Positions 23,820 to 36,410 of a stretch of 64,000 nucleotides of DNA are shown here, piece by piece. The notes beneath the pieces are model-generated. The model saw nothing but the letters and a program-made list of their open reading frames with translations. It was not told the DNA's origin and did no database searches. Numbering within the stretch: the first letter of the stretch is position 1; the number at the start of each line of letters is the position of its first letter. Origin of the DNA: Paraspadella gotoi (lineage: Eukaryota > Animalia > Chaetognatha); NCBI GenBank assembly GCA_051294375.1, contig CM119263.1:9726432-9790431 (forward strand), written 5' to 3'. The translations under genes were made by a program, and so were the position numbers.

Positions 23820-26597
23820 TTTCAAAAAAAATCCGACGAACCATTTACACCCGGTCCTCATCGCGAAAACAGTTTTGTCGCTCCCGGGAATTTCCTCGAG
23901 TCCCTCTTCCTCTCTCTCTCTATCTTTCTCGTTCTCTCTCTCTTCCTTTCTATGTTTTCTTTTCCCTCGCTTCCTTCATCTCTATCTCTCTCTTTCTCAA
24001 AAAATCTTGTCTTTCCTTTCCTTGTTTTTCTTTCTCTCCTTTTTTTTCCCTTTTATCTCCCTCGCCAGCGATATTTTCTTTCCTTTCTCTGTTTTCCTTC
24101 CGTTCTCACGCTTCCTCCTTTTGTCTCTCTATCAACCGATTTTTTAGGTTCACTTATTGGTTATTTTCTTATCTTTTTTTTATTGATTAGTTTTTTTTCT
24201 ACCAGTCTTCTCTTCTTCATTCGTACCTTTCCACCGGTATTAGTAACTCTGTCTCGCTTTTCAATCTTTTCATTTTTTTTTTCTTTTCTCTTCTCTCTTT
24301 CCCTCTCCCACCTCTTCCTCTCCCTCTCCCTTCCGTGTTTTTTTGTTTTTTTTTTGTTTTTGAGGAATCGTTATTTGCTTTCGATGTTTATGAGGAGAGT
24401 TAATGTCAACAGAGTGACGACGTGTCAATGGGAGACACTCTTCGTCGCCTCGCCCGACGAGAGAGAGAGGAAGAGAGACGTCGAGAAAAAAAAAAACATG
24501 CCGGCCGAGTCCTTGACATCCGGGTCTCCAGAGAGTTGACATCCGGGTCTCACGAGAGATAACATCCGGTGATTATAACGACTTCCGCGTGCTGTTTCTG
24601 TGAAAGGCGTGACCAAGAATCGGGCGGATTTCTAGGTCATTTTCGATTTAATTATTACGATAGGGACGATATATACCTCATTAAAAAAATTACATCGAGC
24701 GAAAACATTATTTAAATGAAAATAACAACAGATGTCTTAAAAAAGAAGTGCCTCAAAGAATAAAACCGAAATTACCCCAACTCACCTTTCTGTGCCGAAC
24801 GTAGCAATCAACCTCTTCATCCAAGATCAGGACACAACAAAACCTCTAACTGAACGAAAACAAAAAAGGCTAAGAGTCAACAAACGCTTTTTGTTTGCTA
24901 AAAGCGACAGATGTTTTTTTTTTGTCCAAACCTCTTTTCTTTTAATTTACTTAATTAAGTCTGATTTTCGTTTTAGGGCTTATCGAGAATTTTTTATGGG
25001 TACGTAAATAAAAAGCCTGAAAATGAAAATCGTTGACATTAATATATTCAAACTAATAATCCTAAGTATCTTTATGAAAGTTCAAAGTTTTGATATTTAT
25101 ATCTAAAAAGCGTTCATTTACTTTACGAATAAGAAAAGCGATTTAACCACTCGACTGTATAATACCTAGTAGAAGGCAATATTTTAAATCTCAAAATTTA
25201 TATTTTTGACTAACGACGAACAATTACTAATATCCAAAAGTTTTCCTCCCTATAGTACCTGTAATCTAGGATGTAGAATGTAGAAGCCAGAATGTATAAT
25301 AGGTGAGCTCGAATCGGCGCTGAACCTTGAATCGGATAATCGAAAAAATTAGAGAGAAAAAGGAGAGAAGATGGAAGAGGCGAAGGTGAACGGGTTATCG
25401 GCGCCATTTGCGAGGAAGAAAGGAAACTCGAGAAGGCGTTGGACTCGTCGCCAATTTATTGGACGCTTTTGTTTGGACGAAAGGTCGTTGAAAATATTGG
25501 AGGCTTGTTTCGAAATCCGTTGAGATTATTCGATGATTTTGTTCAAAAAGATTGCTTAAACGATTTCGCGGTTGAAGTTTTTTTTTTTTTTTAATTACGA
25601 GGCGTTTGCAATTTAGTTTGTTTCATAAAAAACATTTTTCCATGACATCGATTTCCTGCAAAGTCAGTGAACCGACTGGTTTGTTTTGTTCCGACTTTCG
25701 GTTCATAAATTCTCATGTCTTTTCGAATGATTAATCGTCTCGCGCTTCCGGTCTTTTTCTCTCTTTTATTTATCTCTCTTTTCTTTTTCTCTCTTTTATT
25801 TATCTCTCTTTTCTTTTTCTCTCTTTTATTTATCTCTCTTTTCTTTTTCTTTCTTTTCTTTTTCTCTTTTTTCCTTTTTTTTTATTTCCTTTCCTTTTTT
25901 TTCCGCGTGAATTTCGAGCCGTCATCCGCTTTTATCCGTTTCTTTCAATCTTGGAGCTTATTTCCGTAAAATTGAAAATTCCGTCTGATAAGAAAAATGT
26001 AATGCCTTCTCGAGTTTTTTTTTTTTTTTTTAATTTTTTCGCATCGAAGAAAAGTTGTCGAGACGACAGATCGACCAAGTTGAGACTTAGCCTTTAGGTT
26101 TTTCCCAAGGACAGTTACACGATGGAGGCAGATTGAAAAAAAAGAAATCGAGATTAGAGTCAGTCATTTTGTTCTGCGCTTCTAATCTATTTTTATTCTC
26201 ATTAATTCTGAGCTGAGGAATGCGGAGCAACACGAGATGGAATTTAAGTATATTAGAATTATATATAAGGCTATTTAAAAAATTATCTAGCTTATTTACG
26301 TCATGAATAATAAATGAAATGAAATTGAAAAAAAGGCGACGAGTTGGAACGCTCTCGACTTTTTAATATTTCGAATGTATGGTAGAAAAGCCGTCTGATG
26401 AAAAAAAAATGCAGAAAGAAAAAAGAGAGAGACAGAGACAGAGAGAGCAAAATTGTGGCGCACAAAAGAAGTGAAAAAGTTATAAAAACAGGGGGAAAAA
26501 ATGAGGAATGTAAAAAAAGGGGGAAAAAAAAGTCCGGATAAGCTTGGGCAGCCTCGTTCTAAACACAGGAAGGTGGGTGAAGTGAGGTGAGGATAAT

Positions 26598-26992
26598 GGA
26601 GGAAACTGATGCGAGGGAGGAAAGAGGAAAGAGGAAAAATGAGAAAAGAGGAAAAAGAGGTTGAGAAGGAAAAAAATGGAGGAAACTGAGTAGAGGGAGG
26701 AAAGAGGAAAAAAGGAAAATGAGAAAAGAGGAAAAAGAGGTTGAGAAGGAAAAATGAGGAAACTGAGTCGAGGGAGGAAAGAGGAAAGAGGGAAAATGAG
26801 AAAAGAGGAAAAAGAGGTTGAGAAGGAAAAAATTGAGGAAACTGATGGGAGGGAGGAAAGAGGAAAGAGGGAAAATGAGAAAAGAGGAAAAAGAGGTTGA
26901 GAAGGAAAAAATGGAGGAAACTGATGCGAGGGAGGAAAGAGGAAAGAGGAAAAATGAGAAAAGAGGAAAAAGAGGTCGAGAAGGAAAAAAAT
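26598..26992. repeat. Purine-rich minisatellite, ~79-80 bp x 5
   Basis: GAGGAAACTGA...GAGAAAAGAGGAAAAAGAGGTTGAGAAGGAAAAA recurs at ~26598, 26678, 26755, 26834 and 26913. Confidence 0.9.
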
Positions 26993-29900
26993 GTCGTCTT
27001 GGGAGTCGTGATGAAAGAAAAGTGAGACGCGGAAGAGCGGAATGGCTAAAAATCGGCCACATTTAAAAGAATTAGTCTGGACTGAGGAAAGTGGTATCAT
27101 TGAAGCGTAGTAAGGTGTAGCAAAATAAGAAAGTCATTTGAATTGGCAGAAAATAAAATTTTTTTTTTAGGAAACCGATGTTAAAGTTTTTTAAAAAAAT
27201 TTAAACTCGAAAATTTAAAAGAAAAAAAAGGAGAGAAAAGGAAGGAGATAAGCGGATAAGTACTAAGATTTAAGACGGAACAAAAAGAGCAAAGGGGATG
27301 AAAAGCGCATGAAAATTAGATTGGGAAAGGGCGAGAATCCGGGGGTGATATACGAATAGAATACGAAGTAAATATTAAATTTTGTAATGTATCAAAAGGA
27401 AAGCCGAGGAGTAAAATGAATTCAAAATGGAGGAACACATTCGTCATGAAATTAAAAAAAAAAAAGAAAGCGAAAAAAAAATGGAAAGGAAATGAATTGT
27501 CGTCTCTCTCGTTCCCGAGGGAGGATTTTCGCTGGAATCTTCGAAATAGGATTTTTCAGACAAAGAAAGCGTAAGTAACTTTTCTCTTAACTTTTCGTTC
27601 TTCACTTTCCACCCCCCCCCCCACCCAATTTTTATTCTATTTTCTCTCCTTTTTCTCCGCTCTCCTTCAGTCGTTCGTTTTCTAAGCTAATGTCCATGGG
27701 GGAAAAAAAGCCGACTTTATCTTTTCTCCTTTTTTCTCCGTCTTAGCTTTTTTTTCTTCTTATCTTTTCTCCTCTCAGTCTCTCTATTTTGGCTTTTTTT
27801 TTTTCTTATAAATTTTAACTTGGACTCTCTCTCTCGTTTTTATTTTAATTCTTTCTTTTCTTCGTTTCTTCTCTTCTTTTCTTTTTCCTCTCTTCTTTCT
27901 CCTCGCATCCATCGATTGTAAGAAACGTTTATGCCTCCATCCTGTAGACGGCAGACAAGTCAGCGAAAGTGTAGCCCGACCTAACCGGTCGGTTTTTATT
28001 CAGCGGCTGCCCGGACGGAGGCGTCGCCAGCAGGAGGATCGACGCAGCCGCCGCCGCGCTCGAAAAATAAAGAAAAAAATTTTTTCCAGCGGCCGTAGCA
28101 GGGCCCCGCAGCCAGCCGCAGCGGCGAAAGCGGCGACCATTCCCCGGCAGCGGTGAAAGACCGCCAGCCGCGTCGGCAGCCGCAGTCAGTCGCCGCTCCG
28201 CTGCCTTTAATGGTCCCAGCGGCAGCCAACGGAGCGGAGAACGCGGAGCGCGCGTTCCGCCCCGTCGCCGCTAGAGGGAGGGTGAGGAGGAACGCAGGAA
28301 GCGGGCGTGGCTAGATGAGCGAAAATGTCAAGAAAGGCGAGTTCGGTTATAAGGTATGAGGGTTATAGGTAGGACTTTTAAAAACCGCGAATTGTTTTGA
28401 TTGGATGTGGGATTTTAACGAGATGGCGTTTGTTTGTTTGTTTGTTTTGCTCTGTTTGTTTTCGCGTTAAAAAGGCATTCTTGTTTGGAAGGTAAACCGA
28501 AATGGTTTATTTTGGCTTAAAATCTGACGGAACCTAAAACGTTAAGTTTAACTTTAACTTTTCGTCGATTATTCATGCAGATGTATGCATCCATATTCCA
28601 TAGTTATTCACTGAATTCCATATTCTTAATTATTATTTTTTTGAATTCTTGTCATTGCCGGTAAAAATTTACGAAACCGTTGTTGCGTGAGCAACGGCTC
28701 GGCAATAAACCGATAACCTGGTAGTGACAGAATAGCATCGGTTAAATAAGCGCTCTGAAAAAATGAAAAATAAGATTGAAAATGAAAAAGCCGCAATCTC
28801 AGACTCAGAGCTTTGCAATTTTCTGCTAAGTTCGGCAAAAAACGAAAGTGCACTGCAGGTCGGGTCGATTTTCCCGTCGCCTTTAGTGACGATGATTAAT
28901 GAGTAAAGATGAGCGATGACGACGACGACGACGACGACAAACGACGACGAGCCGCTTCTAGTTCGACCGGAAGTAAAGCCAGTCATGAGGTCAAAAAGGT
29001 TTTTTCTATGTTGTTGTTGTCGATGAGGTGTAAACGCAGACTCTATTTTCTAATGATGCAAAACTCTTGACCTTTTGTTTTCTTTGTTGTTCTTCGTGTT
29101 GGAGGCGCTCGACCAAAATGTAAACGTTTATTCTGTATTCACCGCAATGTTTTTTTTTTTTTTAATTGATGTCTGAATTCCTCGGCCATTATTAATTTCG
29201 TCTCTACTTTGATTTTACGTTTGACATCAATTATCCTCCCAATAATGCGGGAAAATTGTTTATTTAATTTCACAATACTTTCCTTACAAGCGAAGTCAGT
29301 TGGAAATGTTTGCGGAAGTATTTCTGTACCAAATATTTACAATTTGTATAAATAATGATTTTAGTTTCTTAAATATTAATTAATAATAATTAAATAACGA
29401 TATTAACAAGCTTACTTACTACGTCCAGTTCTATTCAAATCATTCCTACAATAATTTATCATTTTTGAGGGATTTTTTATTCTTCAGTTTTCCTGTTGGA
29501 AATTTCCCAGATCGCGAGACCAGACGAAGGCGGAATAATTGAAACCAAAATAAACATTTGGGCGAAGCCGACTCTGATTTTCCAAGTTCTCTTTTAAATC
29601 CTGATTTCACAATGACACGTCCAGTTTACCTTCTCGTCGGTTTTTTTAAGACTATATTCAATATCCTTATTTCGCGCCAACGGATTTCGGGTCGCGATGA
29701 CATTAGCGCGTTTGTTGTCTGGAATGGTGAAAGGATGGGCGTGGCCGGACCGCGTGACAAACGACCGTGAAAAACGAGAGCGTGGCCCGACGTGACGATA
29801 ACGGGGGGGAAAATGACGATAAATCAATAAGACTTCCGGTTGTACAGGACGGGCTTGACAGGAGCCGAGTAACAATAGGAATTTTAATTATGACATCAAC

Positions 29901-30700
29901 GAGGAGAGAGAGGGAGGGAGATGGAGAGAGAGGGAGAGAGAGTGAGAAAGAGCGAGATAGCGAAAGAGAGTTAGAAAGAGTAAAATGCCGGTGAAAAAAT
30001 GTGAAAATACTTTCCGCACCTAATTTAGAACAATCGTTCGCTTGTTTATTTATTATAATTGCCTTAATAACTTTTTAAATAGATTAAGGATTTTATGATA
30101 TCAGAATTTGGTTTATCATTGGAAAAAAAATTATTAGCGGGTTAAATTTTAATTTTATTGTACATACTTTAATGACCTGTGAAACTACTTGAAATACCGC
30201 AATGAATAAAGGAAAGATAAAAAGATGAAAGGAAAACTTTAAAAAAGGAAAATAGTAGTAGTAGAAAGCATGAAAAAAGCATGAAAAAAGCATGAAAAAA
30301 CGCGAAAGAAAGAATGGGAAAAGAAGTAAAAAAAATAAAAAGATTACCAAAATAAAAAGAATTAAAAAAATCGGCGTAACGACTCATGTCGTTTGGATAA
30401 CTTTTCTTTCGTATTTATTTTTTTTCTCCTACTTAATATTGTTCTATGCAATGGCATAAAAGGTAATTGGAAAGAGAAAAAATTTCGAAAGCAAGAAACG
30501 GAGATTGTGCGGTTGGAGAGTGGAGTCAAAAAAATAAGAAATAGAGAGGTTGAAAGTTGGCGGTGAGTACTATACATAGAAAAGTGAAAAGTGAAAGATC
30601 GGTAACAGTAAAACAGTAAAAACCGACAATTTAAAAAATTTAAAAATTGGAAAGTAAAAAAATTAAAATCTCTAACAAATAACTTTAGAAAAGGATATAT

Positions 30701-31440
30701 TGTGGCAGCAAGACTTAAAGCTGCCTCACTGCGTGTCCCTGTCTCACGCCTGCGTCTCAATGGTGAGGCAGGCTAAATCATCTCATTCCATCCGTGCGTC
30801 CCGGGTTCAATCCCTGGGTATCCCGGTTCTGGCTTAAATGTGACGGTGCCGGTATAAACATGCCAGTGACAGGAGGCGGTCACTGAGGGTCCGCAGCCCC
30901 TACGCCAGTTGGTGAGATACCCCGCGCCCGGGTATCACAGGCTATCCTCCCGTTGCCATAAGTGGTGAGCCCTACTCTCGAACACGCAACCGCTGCGCAC
31001 CGTGCGCCCACGCTTACGTCGCTTAGGGTATGCATATCACGCCTATGCCCTACTTCTCTGGTAAGCTCCAGACTTGCTCGCTCGCTCGCCCGCTCGCTCT
31101 CACTATGGCAATGAGATCAAAACCTTCTCTCAGACATTTCCTCAGGATTGAGGCCCCTGTGGAGAAGTCTGGTGGGGGGATCCTGTGGCAGCAAGACTTA
31201 AAGCTGCCTCACTGCTGTCCGTCCTCAGCCTCGTCTCAATGGCTGAGCAGGCTAAATCATCTCATTCCATCCGTGCGTCCCGGGTTCAATCCCTGGGTAT
31301 CCGGTTCTGGCTTAAATGTGACGGTGCCGGTATAAACATGCCAGTGACAGGAGGCGGTCACTGAGGGTCCGCACCCCTACGCCAGTTAGTGAGATACCCC
31401 GCGCCCCGGTATCACAGGCTACCTCGTCCGTTGCCATAAG
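30701..31440 (+). mobile_element. TRIM (miniature non-autonomous LTR retrotransposon) with tRNA-derived Pol III promoter in both LTRs (Helenus-like)
   Basis: Direct repeats 30701-30962 and 31184-31440 begin TGTGGCA and end TGCCATAAG. PBS-like TGGTGAGCCCT at 30963; PPT-like GGAGAAGTCTGGTGGGGGGA just before the 3' LTR. The ~220-bp interior has no recognisable retroelement coding capacity. ATAT(AT) lies on both flanks (30695-30700, 31441-31446). Each LTR has an A-box and a B-box. Confidence 0.88.
31240..31296 (+). promoter_or_regulatory. tRNA-like type-2 Pol III promoter inside the 3' LTR (copy at 30761-30817 in the 5' LTR)
   Basis: A-box TGGCTGAGCAGG (31240-31251). T-arm CCGGG-TTCAATC-CCTGG (31280-31296) contains B-box GGTTCAATCCC. 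The U8-to-T54 equivalent distance is 45 nt versus 46 in a standard tRNA. No intact anticodon or acceptor stem. Confidence 0.75.
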
Positions 31441-34400
31441 ATATATATTTATATATATAATTATATATGACGATAAAAAATTTTCAAAATTAAAAGTTTT
31501 TAAAAAAATTATTAAATTATTTTTTTTGAATTTTTGCACAAAAAAAAATCAGATATATTGAAACGTCTCAAGGTGAAATTTGAATGATCCCATGGGGAAA
31601 GAAAAGAAAGCAGCAAAAAAAAATGAAAAGCTGAAAAATGGAAAATGGAAAATGGAGTGAACATTGAAATTCCCCAAAAATGAGCGACGAGGGAATTTCG
31701 GCGCGTCGAAGCGTCGAGGCGGTGGTGGCGGTGATGATGGTTGCAGGGTGTCAAAAAAAAACAAAAAACGGGAAGATGGTCCACGGGGTGGCGGGTCAAC
31801 TCTCTTAAGTAAAAATATTAATCATAAGAATTGATCGACCAAATAATCCTGTCGTCAGGTCAGCTTGGTGGTCGCGCTTTTGCTCTGAGGTGGAGAAACC
31901 GATCCGGGATCAGGTGTCTAATTTATTTAACAACGTTGTCGTTATCTTCGCCGTCGTCGGTGGCTACAACCCAGTTATCCTTTTGCTTTATTGCTTTTTT
32001 CCGCTGATTGTTTTCACCGCCGTCGCCTCGTTTTGTCGCTCGCGATGGCGTCGTCTGCCTGGGTGGCTTTTCGTGGAAGATGATTAATGCAATAACGTCT
32101 GAATGCATTGGGTTCGAGGTAAATTAAAGTTTATTATAAACTAGTTTAACTAATTAGAATTAAGAGTCCTTCTCGTTCATGAGAAATTATGGAGACGAGA
32201 AATGAGGGCACCCTGTTCAATTTAAACTGTCCAAGAGATTGGCGGATTCCGGTGACCGAGAGACAAGATGACATTAGGATCGATTAAGTAAAAAAACAGT
32301 TTAAACTTGGAGGAATTTCTCACTATTGTGGTAAACGAACAAATTGTTCGGTTACTCGTCGTGGTTAATCGCAGTTGTACGGACGAACAGCGGACCAGAT
32401 GGACTGCAGACCGGACGAACTGCGGACCGGACTGACGACCGAGCAAACATATCTTCAAAGTTCAATTTTTTTGGATTGTGATTAATTTGATATTTTTAAA
32501 CATACTTAAGTTAGTTTAGGAATACTTTTAACTTTAAATAACTGACTTACCATATATGTCTCTTATCAATTACAGTCAACTGTTAGATTAGTAAGATTGA
32601 TTAAAGGGAGAGAGAAATGTTTTTTTTTTCGCAGACCCCGACTTTATTGTGGATGACCCCAAGACCTAAAGAGTGACGCTGTTTTTTCTCCTTTACTGAT
32701 TTTGCTCTTCTTAGTCTCAGTCTCTCTTCTCTCTTCTCTCTTCTCTAAACCACCTTGATCTTAGACTTGGTAGTAAAACTCTATTTTACATCGTTTATCA
32801 CTAATTGCTGCTCACTGCAGTCATTCTTAGCTGCTCACTGAAGTCGTTGAACTGCTTAAGTAAGCTCTCCATTTTACGTCCCTTTTTAAACTTTAAGCAA
32901 AGCTCTGAGCTTTCAATGATATACTTTGAACTATTTTTATTTTACTAGCCGGTCTATTTTATGAGCCGCATGAAAGTCTTATTTTTTGTTGCCATCTCAT
33001 CACAGCTTTTTTCCATCATCTGAGCCAGCGCGTTTCTTTTTTATAATTCACAGACTGTGTCCCAAGCCGCCGCCGCGAGCGATGCTGCTTAACGTTAAAG
33101 CTCTTGAGACTCGAGGCAACTTTGACGAGCTCCGCTTTTTTACATTTTCTTCTCGTCTGAGGAGAAAAAAAAAACGCCGGTTGTGTTGTATCAGTTATTC
33201 TCTTTTAAATAAGACTGAATTAGTGATGAATTCAGTAGATATGAAATATTCTTTTTTTTTTTACTGACTTCGCTGCTTAAAAATTCAAAATTCTTTTCTT
33301 ACAATCGATTCGATCTGACAGATTTCTTTTTTTTTTTCCTCGTCAACGAAGCGAGGATGATTGTGACGGCGAAGATGACGACGATGACGAAAGCGACGAC
33401 AACAAAAGATGTCAATATATTTTGTAAAAACGGTTGACGACTTCTTCTTTTGTATCCTTTTTATTACCTCAAAACTGTTTATAACGGTTAATAATGCGGA
33501 TTTTATTTTAAAAAATGAACATTTTTACTCTTTATTATTTTTTTATTAGTATCGACTATCGAGTCGTAAGAAAAGCAGAAAAAAAAGTAGATTAAACAAG
33601 TCCTAAACATGAATGCGACACGACCAGGAAGTTCTAAGACAACAACAACGACAACGAGCGTTGCATGACGTCATCCGGCGAGAAATCTGCATCCAATCAA
33701 AGCCAAATTAGTCCTCCATCCCCGAAGAGAAAAAAAATGGCGTCTTTCTGCGGAGAAGCGCCATATGCAAAATAAACCTTTGTTTTAAAAAACGACAAAT
33801 TAGTTATGTTTTTAAGGTATATTTTACATTTACAGGTTTACACTGTAAATTACAGGGATCTTGTGGAAGACCTTTTATCAATTCTACATTTCTTAGACTT
33901 TGCAATGGGAGGAGCGCCCTATTTATCAGAAGCTTAAGTGGCGGAGTAAATACAGCCGTCCTTCTCTTTACTTATTTATTCAAATAAATGAAGATAAATG
34001 CGAAATTTCAATGAATAAAAGAGCAAAGGCCTTTAAGGTGTGATCATTAGGGTGGAGTGATGAAAAGATTAAGCGAGTTAACAATATTTTTTGCTGCTTC
34101 CGTATTAAATTAAAGTATTAATGAATTAAAGAAAAACAGATTCGGATTCGTCAGAAAAAAAAACTTTTATAAAATATATTTTATGATATTTTAAAGTTAA
34201 AGCTGTGAAAAACGATAAAAATGGTTTATCATATAATAGGTTTTACTACAGAGAGTTAAAAAGTTAAGAATTTTGATCTTTTTTTCAAATTTGGACACTG
34301 AAGACAAATAAATTTATGATAACATGTTTTATATTTTTGATCAAACTTTTTGTGAGAAATCTGAACCTTTAATAAAAATTTTGAAAACATTATTTTGAAA

Positions 34401-34774
34401 ATGTCTTATTTTATAAGGATAATACTATAAATATATTATATTTTGCTTTTATGTTCCCGAAACAATATTAACAAAATACTGTTTGTATTTAATAATCATA
34501 CTATCACGCATATAATTATTATTGTTAATTGGCTCAAATCAAATGTTTGTTCGCAAATGCTCCCCTCTAGTGATTAGTGATGTATCAACAAACTCAAAAA
34601 GTACAAAAAATATTATTCTGTAATACAGTTTTATTTAAAAAATAATATTCTGCATAAAATAAAATTCAATTTTCTTTGAAAGAGAATTAATTCATTCATA
34701 AGTCATGTTTTTTGTAGTTTTTTTTAAAGGCAGGATGTGAGAAAGATTCATTCTCTCTCTCTCTTCTCTCTTCT

Positions 34775-34811
<37 letters not shown>

Positions 34812-35021
34812 TCATCCATCAGAATGATAATACCGTACTACGTATATCCAAATCTCAAAATGCGTCAAGCGACAAAGAACTTTACACTTTGGAGCCAATG
34901 GAGTTTTTTTTTATCCAAGATGCTTTACATATTTTTCTTTTGTATAATCTTGGAAAGGTGAGAGGTTTCTGGTTTTCTGGATTTTATTCTCTTTTCTGTC
35001 TGACAAGAAAAGAAGCCGATC

Positions 35022-35059
<38 letters not shown>

Positions 35060-35565
35060 CCTCTCCCCCCTCTCTGACATTACCGCAATTCGCGCTTTGC
35101 TTCCTGTTAACTAGTTTAATTAGCTTATTCTTATTTTTTTTTTCTTTCTTCAAGGCTTTCTATCGTTCTATTTCTGCTTCCCTCTTTATTTTTTTTCTAT
35201 TCTCACCAAGAAGCCTGTCTGGTTCCTCTCTACCACTTTACTTATTTCTCTCTGTCAACAAATCCGTTGCTTTCAAACGCAACGCCCCTTATCTCCTATC
35301 TAACTCTTCGAACCTTTGAGCCACGCCTACTTCCAGGCTCTTCCTTTCCTCCTTACACTCTTCTCTTCCATCGCCCCTCCGCCCCTCCGTACGCTTCCCC
35401 CCCTTTTGTTTTTCTTACTCGCCGCTAAAACAGGCCACGCCCCCTAGCGCCCTTTCCCCCCTCCTCTCGCGCCCCGATAACCTTTCGCGCAATCTTTTTG
35501 ATTGAGAGAATCGAGTTTCTGAGCGGAATTCGCGAGGCGCGAAGGCCGAGGAAGCGAAGATGGCA

Positions 35566-35617
<52 letters not shown>

Positions 35618-36289
35618 CCATCCCTCTCTCTCTCTCTCTCTCTCTCCCTCTCTCGCTCTCGCCCTTGAAGGAAAAGAAGACACTAAAGGAAATTCAAGGA
35701 GAAAAGACAATGAGAAAAAAATCTGGAACGAAATGGCATCGAAGAGACAAAGCTACTCGTAGAAGCCAAGAAAATTTGGAAAAACTCAAAAGTAAAAACT
35801 GTGACGACGGTTTTTAAAAAAGCAAAAATATTAACCTTGAAACTAAAACTCTTGCTAGTTGTTTCTGGGTATTTTTAAATTAGTGTATTATCACGAATTG
35901 TAAGACAAAATTTGAAATAATTTTGAGGAAAAATAATATACAGAATTTGCGTAAAACATTTCAAAACATTTCAAACATTTTTTTTAACGTTGATATTCAA
36001 TAATTTAATTTCTAATATTATCATATTTAGGTTTGTAATATTTATTTTTTGTGGAATATGATAACATATTTAAATGTTGAATTCAAATTGAAAATTGAAG
36101 GATTTTTAAATTAATTTATTTAATATCCCTCGAGCGAACTAACGACAAGGACAAAAACATTCACGTCTGCTTCGTCGCATCGAGAAAAAGTAAAATTTAA
36201 AAAGAAGAAAAAAAAGAAAAAGTGAATGGAAAAAGGACAGTGAAAAAAGGAAAGTGATAAAAGTGAAAAAAGAAAAAAGAAAAAATGAC

Positions 36290-36410
36290 AGTGAAAAAAG
36301 GAAAGTGAAAAAAGGAAAGTGAAAAAAGGAAAGTGAAAAAAGGAAAGTGAAAAAAGGAAAGTGAAAAAAAGGAAAGTGAAAAAAGGAAAGTGAAAAAAGG
36401 AAAGTGAAAG
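36290..36410. repeat. Tandem repeat (AAAAAAGGAAAGTG)n, 14 bp x ~8
   Basis: Directly visible. Confidence 0.9.

Noticed and set aside
30701-31440. Hammerhead/twister ribozyme (retrozyme) or intact tRNA gene in the LTRs
   Set aside because: No CUGANGA...GAAA core or twister core was found on either strand by eye, and the anticodon and acceptor stems are missing.
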